NCBI RefSeq assembly: GCF_030028105.1
Contig: NC_092392.1
Location: 18,058,613 to 18,122,612 of the forward strand
Length of the DNA: 64,000 nucleotides
Direction: 5' to 3'
DNA from: Mobula birostris
Taxonomy: Eukaryota
Shown here piece after piece: positions 48,641 to 61,762 of the stretch. The translations under genes were made by a program, and so were the position numbers. The notes beneath the pieces were generated by a model, which searched no databases, was not told the DNA's origin, and saw only the letters and a program-made list of their open reading frames with translations. Position 1 is the first letter of the stretch. Every line of letters starts with the position of its first letter.

Positions 48641-50183
48641 TGTTATGCTTTGTAACTCCAGAACATAAAAAAATTCAAAGAAAACATGGAGCCGGGAATA
48701 ATGTATCTAAATTTCTCAATTTTTTACTTCATGCAAGGTGCGCATATATGGTGTGGTGGCATGATGATGTACGCCATTCACACACTTTTCCATATACTCA
48801 TAATCAATCATTTTAATAACAGATAATACTCAATCAAACAACATACCCACAATATTACTCAAGTATTACTGATAGATTAAATACACAACATCCCTCCCTG
48901 CTTATATATACTGTACAATACAACAACTATACAGACAGCCACAGCATGGTAAATATTAAATTGTGCCATTCAGGCCTAAAGATTAATCGCTACTGAGGAT
49001 TTCTTACTCTTGTGAGAAAACGTCTTTCCTAACAAGAGAGGTCACTCTAACAATCTCAGGTCTGGGCCTCCTCCCTGATGGTTGTAGGAGTTCCCTCTGA
49101 AACTGCAGGAAGGGGTTCTGACAGCTCTGGACCCCTTTCTTCCCCTTTGCTCGGCTTTTCTCTCTTGATGTACTTGATCCTTGCTTTCCTTACAGTCCTG
49201 ATCTTTATTCTCACATTCCTTCTCTCTTTCACACTCCTTTTCAACTTCCTGTCTTTCTTTTCCTCACCTTCCTTTTTCTTCTAGTTTTCTATATCTCTGA
49301 ATTTGCTGATTTCTCAAGAAATTAGGTCTCATTTATCCTCTTCCATTTCCACAGTATTTATATCCTCCTCCTCTTTCTTTTCCTTTTTCTTCTTTCTAGG
49401 ATGTGCATCTTGATCTTGGGAAGGTGCATTTAGATCACCGGAGTATTCCCTTATTAATCCTTCTATCGCTCCCTTTACGATCTGATTTCTCTTCTTGGTT
49501 TCCTCATCCACACTATCATCTGATGAATCTCTGTTTTTGTATCTCCATTGACTCTTTTCTTTTTAGCCTTCCATTTATCCAGCTGGGCTTCGGTCTCTAT
49601 GTTTACTTTAACAAACAGCTTTTTGTCTCCCACTTGAAGTTCATGCAATAGCCTTAAGGCATTAGAGTGGATTCTGGTTTGTTGTAGTCACTAAAGCCGA
49701 ATGCTTGCAACTTTCCTGAAACTCCTTGAACTCTCTTCAGTTTAAAGCCAAGCCACATTACACAAGTAACTGCCTGATCAACATTATCTGCAGCCTTCTC
49801 AAATATATTGCCTACAAAAACTGTTGTAGTTGGCCCAAGGCTTTCATCTCTTTCATGGTTCCTCTGAGCAGCATGGTCCTTCCTTGGCCCAGTATGCTTT
49901 CCAACCAGAGGCACAGAGGTTGGCACAAACATCTGTTTACCCCCTGTTGGGCAATGGCTCATGGTGTACAGCACGGAGACAGTTGTAACTCCGAAATATA
50001 ATAACTAATTCAAAGTAAGGGAGCCAGGAACAATGTATCTTAGTTTTGCTTTTATACTTTAAGTGAGTCACGCACATATGATGTGGTGGTATGATGACGT
50101 ATGCCACTTAAACTAAGAATACTCAATCAAACAACACACCCACAATATTGCTCAAATATTACTGGTATGTTACATAATCAACA
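48641..50183 (-). mobile_element. Gypsy LTR element whose interior is replaced by an RBM25 cDNA (LTR-RBM25-integrase tail-PPT-LTR)
   Basis: LTRs at 48641-48890 and about 49983-50183, same family as 29887-30121. PPT agcagggaggga on minus abuts 48890; integrase C-terminal remnant at about 48960-49145; flanks cttct / ctcct (4/5). Confidence 0.8.
49146..49975 (-). pseudogene. RBM25: Processed (intronless) RBM25 pseudogene fragment: RRM through start of the RE/RD region
   Basis: VGKH...GPTTTVFVGNI.EKA, KRVQG.SGKLQAFGF, DEETK.R.Q..KGAIE.LIREYS..LNAPSQ...HPRKKKKEKK, EDIN..EMEEDK. It has stops and frameshifts, no introns and no poly(A). Confidence 0.92.
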
Positions 50184-50898
50184 CTCCTGAATGCTGATGC
50201 TTGGGTGGATCAAGTCAACTTGCTCCTCTGTACTATCATGTGATGAGGTTTCAAGTTGGTCACATGATTCCCCCCCCCCAATTACCACCTCATCAGACCC
50301 ACGCAGCGCCCCAGTCACTTTTTAAAACAAACTGTTCTGGTGAAATTATTTCCTTACTGAGTGGAAATAAGAACACTAAAATTTAATTACATAAAATCAG
50401 CAGAATTCATAATCCAACAAATTCATTTGTTCAATGAAACCAGATTTCAGAAGCATCAAAATTTTCTTCACACGAAATAAAACTCCTAATTAAACCTATT
50501 TATCTTCCAAAGTGCTTTAATTCACATCAGTGTTCAAAACATAACTTGCTGCAAGTTGATGCTGTCTCAAATTATCAATACTGTTTATGATGTAAACACT
50601 GATTCCACCTTTCACAAACCATCCCTCTCATTCTACTGGGTCAGTGTATTACAAATATAATGTTATGTCTACAATTAAATTTTATATAAGCTCTTCTTTA
50701 ACTTGAAAGAAATTATGAATTTTTGGCTCATTATGGAAAAAACAAGATAGCACATTTGCCAACCAGTGCCAACATTGTGCTTCCATATGGAATACAACAA
50801 AGGTTACACACAGAATGAATTCACTTCCATCATTTCCTCAGTTAAACGCTTCAAATGGAATTTCAGAACAGTACCCTGACAGATCTGGAGTAGGATTT

Positions 50899-51031
50899 CT
50901 ATTTCTAAGAACATTTATCTTGGACCACTTATTTCTTGGACCACTTATTGGACCACTTATTTATCTTAGACCACTTGGACCACTTATTTATCTTGGACCA
51001 CTTATTTCTAAGAACATTTATCTTGGACCAC
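50899..51031. repeat. Short irregular tandem repeat (core ttggaccacttattt) bounded by a 28-bp direct repeat
   Basis: About 6 copies of ggaccac; atttctaagaacatttatcttggaccac at 50901 and 51004. Confidence 0.85.
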
Positions 51032-52767
51032 AACGAGACTAAAGGTTTAGTTTATTGTAGTATCAACAGATGCCAGTGACAATGAAGTTCGCTATTAACC
51101 TTCTTTCATTTAAGGGGTTAGCCATTAATGGGTCTGGATTGGTCCATACCTCTGTCCAGAAACCACTGAAGTACAATCCCATTGGGAATAAAAATGGATG
51201 AATAAGGGGCTATCAAAAATGACAGAACTTTTCACTCCTGATCAATACCTTACAATAGACTAAAATCACAGTAAAGAGGACAATAAGTTGAACAACAGTC
51301 AACATAATGAAGAGACTGGAATTTGTCTACAATGAAAAAAAAATCAGATGAAAAGAATTAAATCTGTTCAGGATGATAACATGTTTTGGCTCCTTAAATT
51401 TCTGTAGAAGTTGAAGAGGTTTTCAGGATTCAAGGGGTAAGCCAGAGATCAGGTACTGAAATGATGCTTGACCTGCAGAGAGTTTCCAGCATTTTCTGTT
51501 CTTAAATCAAACCACAGTATTGCTATGGCAATACAGCTAAGTTACTGGTAAATGAAGATCCTCAATATGTTGACAGTGAAGAACTTAGATGGTAAAGCCA
51601 CTGATATTCAGGAGAGAAAGGATTCAGAGGTGTTTAATTGGCAATTGTGACAGCCCAAAGCCAAAAACCATCCACAGTTTGCTATAGACAAGAACATGCT
51701 ATATACTATTTAAAGAAAGGCATGAATCGAGAATGGGAATGATATTTTGATGATAACAAGCATCATCAATAAACAGTTCCAGTTCTAAAGTTGATGAAAC
51801 AACAGGAAATGACTGGAGTGCAGATCCTTTGCTAAATATTCCTCACTGAAATCTGGATTAACCAGGTATGACTACATTTCTAGTGCATACTTCTCACAAG
51901 AAATAACTCCACGTCCTCCCATCAAAACTGCCAATAAATTTTACAGGTATTGTTTCATGTTAAGTTATAATTGAAGGCTGCAAGTAAAACTTTCAGAGCT
52001 TCACATTGCGAAGGAGGGGACACTCCATCCACTCTGAAGATTATACTCTCGATATCTGATCCACAGTAAAGCCCCAGACAGCACAGGTTTGATTCATTAG
52101 ATTTTTCCATGTGCACTCAGCTGTAAATGAATGAGATTTGCTGATTGCGGTGTCAAGAATTCATCTTTTTTTTCATGTGCAGGTTGAAGTGTACAGATCT
52201 TTGACAAAAAAAAGGACGGGTGGATAAAGTAAGTGTGACAAGAGCACTGAAATACAATGGTCCTTCTATCCGTCACTGCATTCTGTTGTGGGGATTTGGT
52301 CATCTACTTGCGTGTGCGGCTTTGTGATTGAACCACTCATCGAATTTTATGTCATATATCAAATAGTTCTGTTTCACAAAATGGAAATTGTAGGTCATTA
52401 AAGCAATCCCATCTTCTGAATTTAGTGTCAGTATCATTTTGTCTTCCAGTTAGGTTTGACACCCAATCTTCAGCAGATGCTTTTTTTTTTAAAAGGATTC
52501 AACCGTGGATGAACAAATAAGCTTTCAATCCTCTTATTTAAAAAAATCACATCAATATTTTGTTGAGGGGTTTTCAGGAGCTGAAGTTGTTGAATAACTA
52601 AGAACATTTCCAACAATCTAAGATGTTACAGTTATGAGTTACAGCTGATGTAGTGCTATGTACTGCATGAAACTTTAGAGATTGTTTCTTTGATTGAAAG
52701 TTTGAGAAAGCAGCATTCTAAAATCATCACTGGGGAATCATGGCTAATCAGCATATTCTGGAGCTTG

Positions 52768-53275
52768 TTCAGAATCAGAATCAAAATCAGGTTTATTATC
52801 ACCGGCATGTGACGTGAAATTTATTAACTTAGCAGCAGCAGTTCAATGCAATACATAATCTAGCAGAGAGAAAATAATAATAATAAATAAAATAAAATAA
52901 AACATAATAATAAATAAACAAGTAAATCAATGATGTACATTGAATAGATTATTTAAAAATGTTCAAAAACAGAAATACTATATATTAAAAAAAGTGAGGT
53001 AGTGTCCAAAGCTTCAATGTCCATTTAGGAATCGGATGGCAGAGGGGAAGAAGCTGTTCCCGAATCACTGAGTGTCTGCCTTCAGGCTACTGTATCTCCT
53101 GCCTGATGATAACAGTGAGAAAAGGGCATGCCCTGGGAGCTGGGGGTCTTTAATAACGGACACTGCCTTTCTGAGGCACACCTCCCTAAAGATGTCCTGG
53201 GTACTTTGTAGGCTAGTGCCCAAGATGGAGCTTGCCTTGGGTGCTGGGGGTTTTTAATAATGGACGCTGCCTTTC
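52768..53275 (-). mobile_element. Rex1/Babar 3' end
   Basis: Closely similar to 40743-41155, with cagaatcagaatc tail. Confidence 0.85.
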
Positions 53276-55457
53276 AGTATGCAGATGTAAGAGTGTGCAC
53301 ACTAAATAATTAATGCTGTGATCCACCTCATTCAAGTGACCATAATTAGCATTAAAACAGAGGGGCACATAGCATAGAAAAATTTCAAAATACTAACCTG
53401 TCTTGAATGATTTCTAAAGGTCTTATAAATCTTGAGACTGCAGCTCCAACCTGCCACAGTAGACCTCAGTAACCATTAACAATTACTCGCTTGAAGTCAC
53501 TTGAGGAGATGTTATTTTTATCTTTCAATAATATGTACTGTTCATTCTATGGACAGTTCATTGGTTTATCCCCGTTTTTGTGGCATATAGCTGTCACTGC
53601 TGAATCTGATTGTTAAGATGCTCGAGAAGCGCTCAGTAGTGTTTTCACTAAAGGATTAATGACGGTAAGGTGATCAATGGACATTTCGAGAAGAAATGGT
53701 CTGTGGTTATTTACTAGGATACACTTCATTCTGATAAATTATTGGCCATGTAGTTTCAAAATAAATTACTGCTGATTATAATGTTGCAGTCAGCCAAGAA
53801 CTAAGAAATAATATTTGACAACAAAAATGAAGCAATAAAACCATCAGTTCTGAAACTGTTACTCATGTAGTGTGACGGCAGGCATCATTTTCACAGTAAC
53901 TACCATAGAGTACAATTTCCAATTTTGTCACAGAGAACAAAATAATATACAGTATATGGCTCTGGCAAGAAATCTCATTAAACTGGCTAGATCGCAAAGC
54001 TAGACAGAAATAAATTATCACGTTCCCATTGAAGCATGGAATAATGAGGGGCAAGAGCCGAACCTATCAGTCACCTTCTCTCATTAGAGGTCCAAAAGCT
54101 TGCCAATAACCCCATTTCATTCTCAGCTTACAGTATTGATACTGCTCAGTCCCTCGAGCCTCTTTCTAAATCTAAAGCTGTACTCTAAATCCAATGCCAT
54201 TACTCTTAACCATGAAAATTAAATACATCTAAACCACTTTGCCTTGTCCTAGACAGGCAGAGAGTTAATTCTATATAATATGCTGCAGCCTTGCTATAGA
54301 AGAGCATTAGGATGTCATTATCCAAACATCAAAACCATGGCTTATGTCACCTCTGTAGTCTTTTCGCCAATGCCACATGGCATGTCTGATTCAACTAACT
54401 AGACAGAAAAGCAGCAAGCAAGCCCCTTCTACATCACTATTAGTACTGTCCTTAGCTAAGTGCAGAAGATGAAACACACCAGTTGTCTCTGAGGTATTGT
54501 TGATCTGTAACCAATGGATGGCTTTAGTCTGGTTGCCCAGCAAGTGCAGGGAAAGGAAAACATCACCCGGCTATACTAGTTAGGTTAGAAGCCAAAGAAA
54601 GATTCTACTCATCCTCTAGCTTGGAAACGACCAACCGGCTGTCTATGTGCATCACTTGTACAAATAACAGAAACAAGTTTCAATTCTCAGGATCTTCACT
54701 TTACTGATGAGGGAACCTAATAAAGAGCTATCTAGATGGTTGGATTTCTGTAATCAAACTGTCAAAGAATGATATTTTTACATATTAATGACAAAGGATT
54801 AAATTGAGAAAGCTACAGAGTAGCAGACCACTCAGCCTACTGATACACATTGGCATTTCTGCCCCTTGTTGTTTTTTCTCCAGCATTCTTAATTTGTTGG
54901 TACATCTTTCTAATCCTTACTCCCTCATACAAATAACCCATATTTCTCTTAATATGCCATGCCACTTGTTTGCGAGGATATACTTGGAGCTAGCCCTGGC
55001 TAAGTTGCTGCCATGTTTCTGTTGGGGAGTGTCAGATTGTAGGTATCAATGCAATAAAACAACACTGATAGTTCTTTCATCCTTTTATCCAAGCTGCTCC
55101 AAAGTCCTTGCTATAACTGACCAGGCCTGATTCAAATTCTCTACAAGGCTGTGGCTCACTCATTCTTATGATCCTTTGGGTAAACAAACTGCATTTTCTA
55201 TTTAAATATTATTTTAACCTAACTGAGCAGGAAATTTCAGAATGATGTTGTTTATTATAATAAAAACAACAGCTTACCTCAAGGCTTTGAATAATATTGG
55301 AAGTGAGTGGAGAAATAAGTTTAGATGTGTTTATTTCTTCATCCTGAATTAGTGAATCATAGCGAGTTAGATTGGGATGCTGGATCTTCAAGAAAATAAG
55401 TTTAGAAGAAACTGCCTTACTATAAACATGTTTTGTAGTGGTATTTGCTAGAATTTA

Positions 55458-55952
55458 CAGTACTGCGCAAAAATCTTGGACACACATATATAGCTAGGAT
55501 GCCTAAGAACTTTTCACAGTACTGTAGTAATCTTATGTAGTGCATTGTACTGATGATGCAAACAAAAACAAATGTCATGACATATGTGAGTGATGATAAA
55601 CATAATCCTGCTTTGTGTCTCTACTGTAGATTGAGAGTGGGAAGGGGGCAAGGAGGAGGAAGCATGGTTGGGAAAAGGGGAAGGGAGAAGGGAGGGAGTG
55701 GGCTGTGCCAAAGAAACCAATTGCTCGGAATCAAACAGCCATGCTTGGTGTCTTCACCTGCACCACCCCCTGCCCCTCACAAACCTTCCCTGCCACCTGC
55801 CCCACACCCCTCCCATCCCCACCATACCCAACATCCTTTGCTCCTGCCAGTCTTATAAACTCGCTCTGCCCTCCACGTTGACAAATACAGTACTGTGCAA
55901 AAGTCTTGAGCATCCTAACTATATATATGTGCCTAAGACTTTTGCCCAGTAC
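55458..55952. mobile_element. Composite Tc1-like MITE: two inverted ~66-bp self-palindromic units flanking cargo
   Basis: Units at 55458-55524 and 55888-55952 each read cagtactg.gcaaaa.tctt...aaga.ctttt.c.cagtac and are each preceded by TA. Confidence 0.75.
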
Positions 55953-57361
55953 AACAGATGTGCAGGAATCAACATGAACCTCAGCTCTGGTAGTTTATGG
56001 TCAGACAACCTGCTGGGGCTCCCTGTCTGGACTCAACCATCAATGGCAGCTGGGGTAGGAAATGGATTAGTACCACCTTACCCGACTTATTTCTGCATCC
56101 TACAGAAGAGAAGACAACATGAATAAACCTTTGAACTTGCTACAAGTGGATGGGTGTTGGCTCAAGTTATGAAAGAATCAGATCTTATAGTTGCTTAGAT
56201 GTGTGTTAACAGTTTAAGATACTGTGTCCAAAATTTGGGAGCTGGGCAAATGAGTTTTTGTTGTATTTTGTTCTAGGTTTGAACAGCTGCCTCCCAGACT
56301 GCCAAATGAGCAGGTAATTGCAGTGACCGGCACATATTTCTCAAATTTAGTTATTCATGTGTTATCCAAGGGACCACGGCTATGTTTCTGCATCATAAAT
56401 AGAATTGGTGCAAGTTCTCACACTCTTATCAACAGTTGCATTACTTCATATGTAACTGCACAATCTCCCAGGTAACGAAAATTTGGTAGGATTTGAAACT
56501 ATACCTGTAAGACTGGTGAGATTGAATATGAGACCAGACTTCACCATATCAATCTAAAAAAACATAGTTTTAATAAAACAAGTTGTTCTTAGGCCAGTGC
56601 CAAAACGAAATGGTAAAAGAAGTCAGACTATTGAGAACATTTAGATTATGAAGCATGGACCCTTCTAACGAAGTCAGCTCAAGCATGACTCCTGTTCCAC
56701 ACTGTACTGCTAAATCCCCCAAGGACATGGGAGCAACGCTAAATGAGTCAGCCACAGCTGAGGACCTATCGGATATCGTGAAGCAGAAGGAAAAATAAGA
56801 TGCAACTCAGGGGTTGGTGCAAAACCAAAGGGAGATATATCAATGGAATCCCACCAAGATATTACCATATCAAAGAAGCTCCTCTAAGATATCAATAGAA
56901 CTTGCTACAAAGGTACCAATTAAAAGCACAATATCAAAGGTAGCCTCTCTGTCTCACCAAGATATCAAAGGAGTTCATTCACGGTTTCTAGTATCCACCC
57001 CATATTTTGTTAATTTTAATGAACAATATTTGAATATTATCATCACCCAAATGTTTATTTTACTTATATCTCCAATAACTAACTTGCACTGTATGTCAAT
57101 CAATTCACGTATCAAAGTGACAGTGCTCCATTTCGATGTATTTATTCAGTCAGTACAGCCCACTTCTCAATTACAGTAATTTGCAGCTGTATGCTGTTGT
57201 ATTAATTAACTAGTGTCCTTTCATCCATCACTTTTTTAATTCACAGCAGTATTAATTTATTAATCTGACTGTGCCCACTTGTCACTGAACTGACTAATTT
57301 ATTAGAACCTAGCACTCTTATTAACATTAATTCCTGGGTCTTTTTAATGTTAAGCTTCTTT

Positions 57362-57660
57362 ATCTTTGCCTGTGAATCAGAAGATTATGGGTTCATGTTC
57401 CACTGAATTACCAAATCAACACATGCAAGATATGGGATGGTGTTTTGTCCGTCCTCTCAGATGAACACCAGTGTTCCCCTGCATCACTAGAGTAAGAGAA
57501 GGACATTTCTTCTGGACCCTTTGTCACGAAAAGCACAAATCTTCTGCTCGTACTTTGCTGTGTGCCAGCTGCTTACTGTATTTCTCCATCATGAAGTGCC
57601 ATCACCAAACTTCAAAGTGAATGTGAGGAAGTAAATATGTTACAGAAAAGCCATTTTCTC
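57362..57660 (+). mobile_element. Possible ancient DeuSINE/SacSINE-like remnant
   Basis: ttgcctgtgaatcagaagattatgggttca is a tRNA-like head; gtccgtcctctcagatg resembles the Deu domain. Heavily decayed. Confidence 0.4.
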
Positions 57661-57949
57661 TTTCTAGATATCTACATCTATCAGTTATTCTCACTGCTTG
57701 TTACTGAGTGATAAAGGATGTCAGTTTCTGTATGATTCCTCTCACTATTAGATTTAGAGTCAGTGCTGCCTTTTAAGTTCTGTTAACACTAATTTCTACA
57801 TTATCTTACTAGCAGTAAATATTTTGAGTTTGTTGTCCCCATTCTTTCAGTACATTCCATGTAAAATACTTCATTAAATTTTGGCTGTACTTGTTAACCT
57901 AATTTGTATAAAGATGTATCCAATGTGATGACGCAGTACTTCAGTTTGA

Positions 57950-58519
57950 AAGTATTCGTATCTGTTAATAGGGGCCGTGGACAATTCAGATTTGATGGAG
58001 AATGGACGTGAAAGCACAGAGGAACATCTGGAGAAATTTCTGAAACGCCCGTCCGCTGCTGTCGTTACTGTGTGGTCGGGAATCTTTCGGAGGGTAGGCC
58101 TCAAAATCCCCGGCCTTGCCTGCTTTTGGCGACCGAGAAGGAGGTCGAATCGTTCGGACAGAGATGGCGCTCAGTACTCGATGTCGGAGAGCTGATCAGA
58201 GCTCAAAGTTTTTGGATGACTCAGAGTCGGATTGTGGTCGACATAGCAGGGAGAGTTTTTCTTCCTTCTCCCGTCTGCATGAGACATGGGACATTTGAGA
58301 AACTTTGAACTTTACTGTGCTCATGGACTTCTTCATCAAGTTATGGTATTGTTGCACTGTTTGTAACTATATGTTATAATTATGTGGTTTTGTCAGTTTT
58401 TTCAGTCTTGGTCTGTCCTGTGTTTTGTGATATCACACCGGAGGAAATAATGTATCATTTCTTAATGCATGCATTACTAAATGACAATAAAAGAGGACTA
58501 CGTGTCTTCATAATCTAAT
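57950..58519 (+). mobile_element. ~670-bp non-coding retroposon, copy 4 (divergent, 5'-altered)
   Basis: Reverse orientation of copies 1-3; ends cataatctaat. Confidence 0.8.
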
Positions 58520-59630
58520 TGCATTCTCATTCAATAATCAAATAAATTATTATCTGCAATGAGATATAACACCACAGATGCATGGGAAATGATCTTGCCG
58601 GACACAATAAAACAGAGCAACTATAGAAAATTAATTGATACTAGTTTTGCAAAAGTTCTACTGAAGCTGAGTACTAAAAATATCAATTTATTTTCCATCT
58701 TTTTAAAAAAAAAGCTGAGATCATATTAAATTCAGAAATTGTAGCATTTCAGGGTTTTATCTAAATCTATTGATCAAGTTTCAACCCATGGCACTTTACC
58801 TGCAGTGGAAGTATCTTAAGCTACAAAAGCGATGGAGAATGTGAGGCAACACATGTCTTATTGTACCAAGGGGTGGAAACAAAATCAGCTATGAAGAAAT
58901 GAAACAACTATCGATAACCCAGAGGAGAAGAAGATTATAGATCACCTGAAAATTGTGTTTTATCAAATGATCTGAAGCTTTACTACATAAAAAGAAATTA
59001 CTAGTTATCACATTAAACCATTTTAGCTGGTGATTAAATATGCAAATGCTAACTACTTAAATGCCATTTTACCTGAAAGGACATACTTTTATCACTTTTT
59101 GTCCATAAAAACAAACCAAAGACATAATACTTAAACATTTTTATCTGAGGGACGAAACTGAATCAAGCGTGTCAACAAGGCAAATCGACATTTCAATATT
59201 CCATTATGCAAGTTGCATGAATTTCCATAAGAAGCAAAGCATTTACTGCAGTTTTGCTGTAAACCACTAAGGAAAGCTGAATAAGGCAAATTTTAAGAGT
59301 AGTTTCCTGTCAAATGGCAAACTAAATGTGAAAGAGTCAAATATCATAATGCAAATATCATTCATTTGATATATCCTGCTCTTTTGCGTAGTGTAAATTC
59401 AATTGATAAAACATCCATTTTTTTAAATTATTTCTGGAAACTACTAAATGTTTATGTGCTCATGATATTGCTCAGTGAAATGCCCTTCCAGCCATCTATA
59501 AGAAATAAGTGGAAATCTTTATTTCCCCCCATAATTCTCTACCATTTGTGACAATTACCCAGCATTCTGTTAGCTTAGACACACGTTCATTGTCCTGTAA
59601 TAAATTAATGAAAAGTATACAAATAACAAA

Positions 59631-59788
59631 TAAACACAAGAGATCCTGCAGATGCTGGAAATCCGGGGTAACACACGTAAAATGCTGAAGGAACTCAGCA
59701 GGTCAGGCAGCATCTATGGAGAGGAATAAACAGTTGGTGTTTCAGGTCTTGGACAAAAATGTCAATTCCTCCAGCATTTTGTGTGTGT
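59631..59788. mobile_element. Mini-Penelope with partial inverted terminus
   Basis: ctgcagatgctggaaat...aaaatgctgaaggaa and ttcctccagcattttgtgtgtg; imperfect TSD at 59618-59630 / 59789-59801 (11/13). Confidence 0.75.
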
Positions 59789-60548
59789 TACAATTAACTA
59801 ACATCATCTAGTTAACTGGAAAATTAAAGGATAGCTTCTAAAAGATGACATTCCATGTAACTGCTGCATTACATAGGTTGAATGGTGGGAAAAATATTCT
59901 ATCAATGGCAGGCACCATCATTTTACATTCATACTGACTGCAAGCCATTGTTTAACCTGAATGGCACTCAGCTTTCCTTTCAGTAGCCAGATTTTTAATA
60001 ATATTCTTGAGATTCTTGGGATGCTGAAGTGTACATGAGAGAAAAACAACTATTTAACTCAATCTCTAATATCTTTCAAATGTATTTACTTCAAAATAAA
60101 TGTTTTATTTAATCAAAACTGCTGAGCTATCCCTCGAGCTGATTCACACATTGGATATAATTACAATCTCCCACAGAGCACAGTTTGACTCCAGCTAATG
60201 ACACGTTTCTTATTCTGCTTTGACTCAATTTAAAATTGTGTGTAGAATTGCATATATATAAAGAATTTTCAATGCCATCAAATATGCTGTTTGCAGAGTT
60301 TATACTGAAACTATTTTCATAATTTCAGCCTTTTGTTGAATTGCAATCCCTGAGGTACTGATAAGGATTTGGGTGGCAAGAGCTGGGGGTTGTGGCACCC
60401 TTTAATGTGTGTTAGAACACCAGTTGTGAGGCCCAACCGTGAGTCCATGATCTTCTGTCTCTGAGTGTGACTACCATGTTAGGATTACGAGGCAAGAAAA
60501 ACTTTGGACATGTGAAGGACCACCAGCCACAAATACCACAGCAGGTTA

Positions 60549-60792
<244 letters not shown>

Positions 60793-60843
60793 ACGTCGAC
60801 AAGAATCAGCATGTCCTTTGGTGAAGCAGCACCCTGAATGTAC
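60793..60843 (-). CDS. CACNA2D1: CACNA2D1 internal coding exon (51 bp; by recall equivalent to human exon 9), encodes (W)YIQGAASPKDMLILVD(V)
   Basis: Reverse complement reads tcag|GTACATTCAGGGTGCTGCTTCACCAAAGGACATGCTGATTCTTGTCGACGT|gtaagt, with canonical splice sites. The peptide matches alpha2delta-1 (AASPKDMLILVDV) rather than alpha2delta-2 (ASSPKDMVIIVDV), as recalled. Confidence 0.95.
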
Positions 60844-61177
60844 CTGAGGGAATTAAACAAATAAGTTATGCATCACTAACACTACAACAGGGGATTCTGC
60901 GCAGAAATTACTTTAAATATAATATTGCTGTTTGGGGTTAAGTGGGCAGTGGGGTGGAGGAGTGCTAACAAGGTGTAATAAGGTAACTATGTCAGTAGTG
61001 GAAGAGCATGGAGTCTCATAAATTTGATAGCTGGTTGATTAGTTAAAAAGGAAAGTTCTAAAAAAAAATCTTACAAACTTCTGAAAGGGGGATTTATTCT
61101 ATTAATTCAAATCCAAAGTTTGCTGGATTACGTTGCAAGCTTGGTAATTAATAGCAAAACCTAACTGCTCAGTGTAA

Positions 61178-61762
61178 CCATACACGCACACGTGCACCCT
61201 CACACACATAAGCATACTCTTGTGTACCTATACCCACATGTACAAACACGCATTCATGTACACACACACATGTATTCATAAATAAATACTTACATGAACA
61301 TACAGATGCACAACTACATTTAGACGCATGCACACATGTAAACTCATGTACACAGACATTCATACACAGATGCACATGTACAGGCATACACACACACACT
61401 CATGCAAGCATGCAATGAACTTACATATCTGCACACACACACACACACACACTCATGCACAAGCATGTGCGTATGCACACACACGTACTAACACAACTCG
61501 TACACATGCAATTATACACAAACAATAGGTACATCTAATGTCAGAGAAATGTATACAATATACATCCTGAAATTCTTTTTCTTTGCAGACATCCACGAAA
61601 ACAGAGAAGTGCCCCAAAGAATGAATGACAGTTAAAACGTTAGAACCCCAAAGCCTCCACCGAGCACACATACACACATTCACATAGCTGTGTGTGCACA
61701 CTCTTGCACATACACAAGCAACCCCACAAGCATGCAAATGGACACACACACACACACACACA
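61178..61762. repeat. Degenerate (CA)n low-complexity tract with a LINE-tail-like insert at about 61526-61655
   Basis: Direct CA/TG periodicity; pure (CA)n runs at about 61432-61452 and 61742-61762. Confidence 0.85.

Noticed and set aside
50899-51031. Repeated ttggaccactt units resembling a CRISPR array
   Set aside because: There are no unique spacers, the units are irregular and short, and the context is eukaryotic; it is a slippage-type tandem repeat.
52182-52227. Plus-strand exon-like segment (ttttttcatgtgcag|...|gtaagt)
   Set aside because: Isolated, with no partner exons or recognisable peptide; expected by chance.
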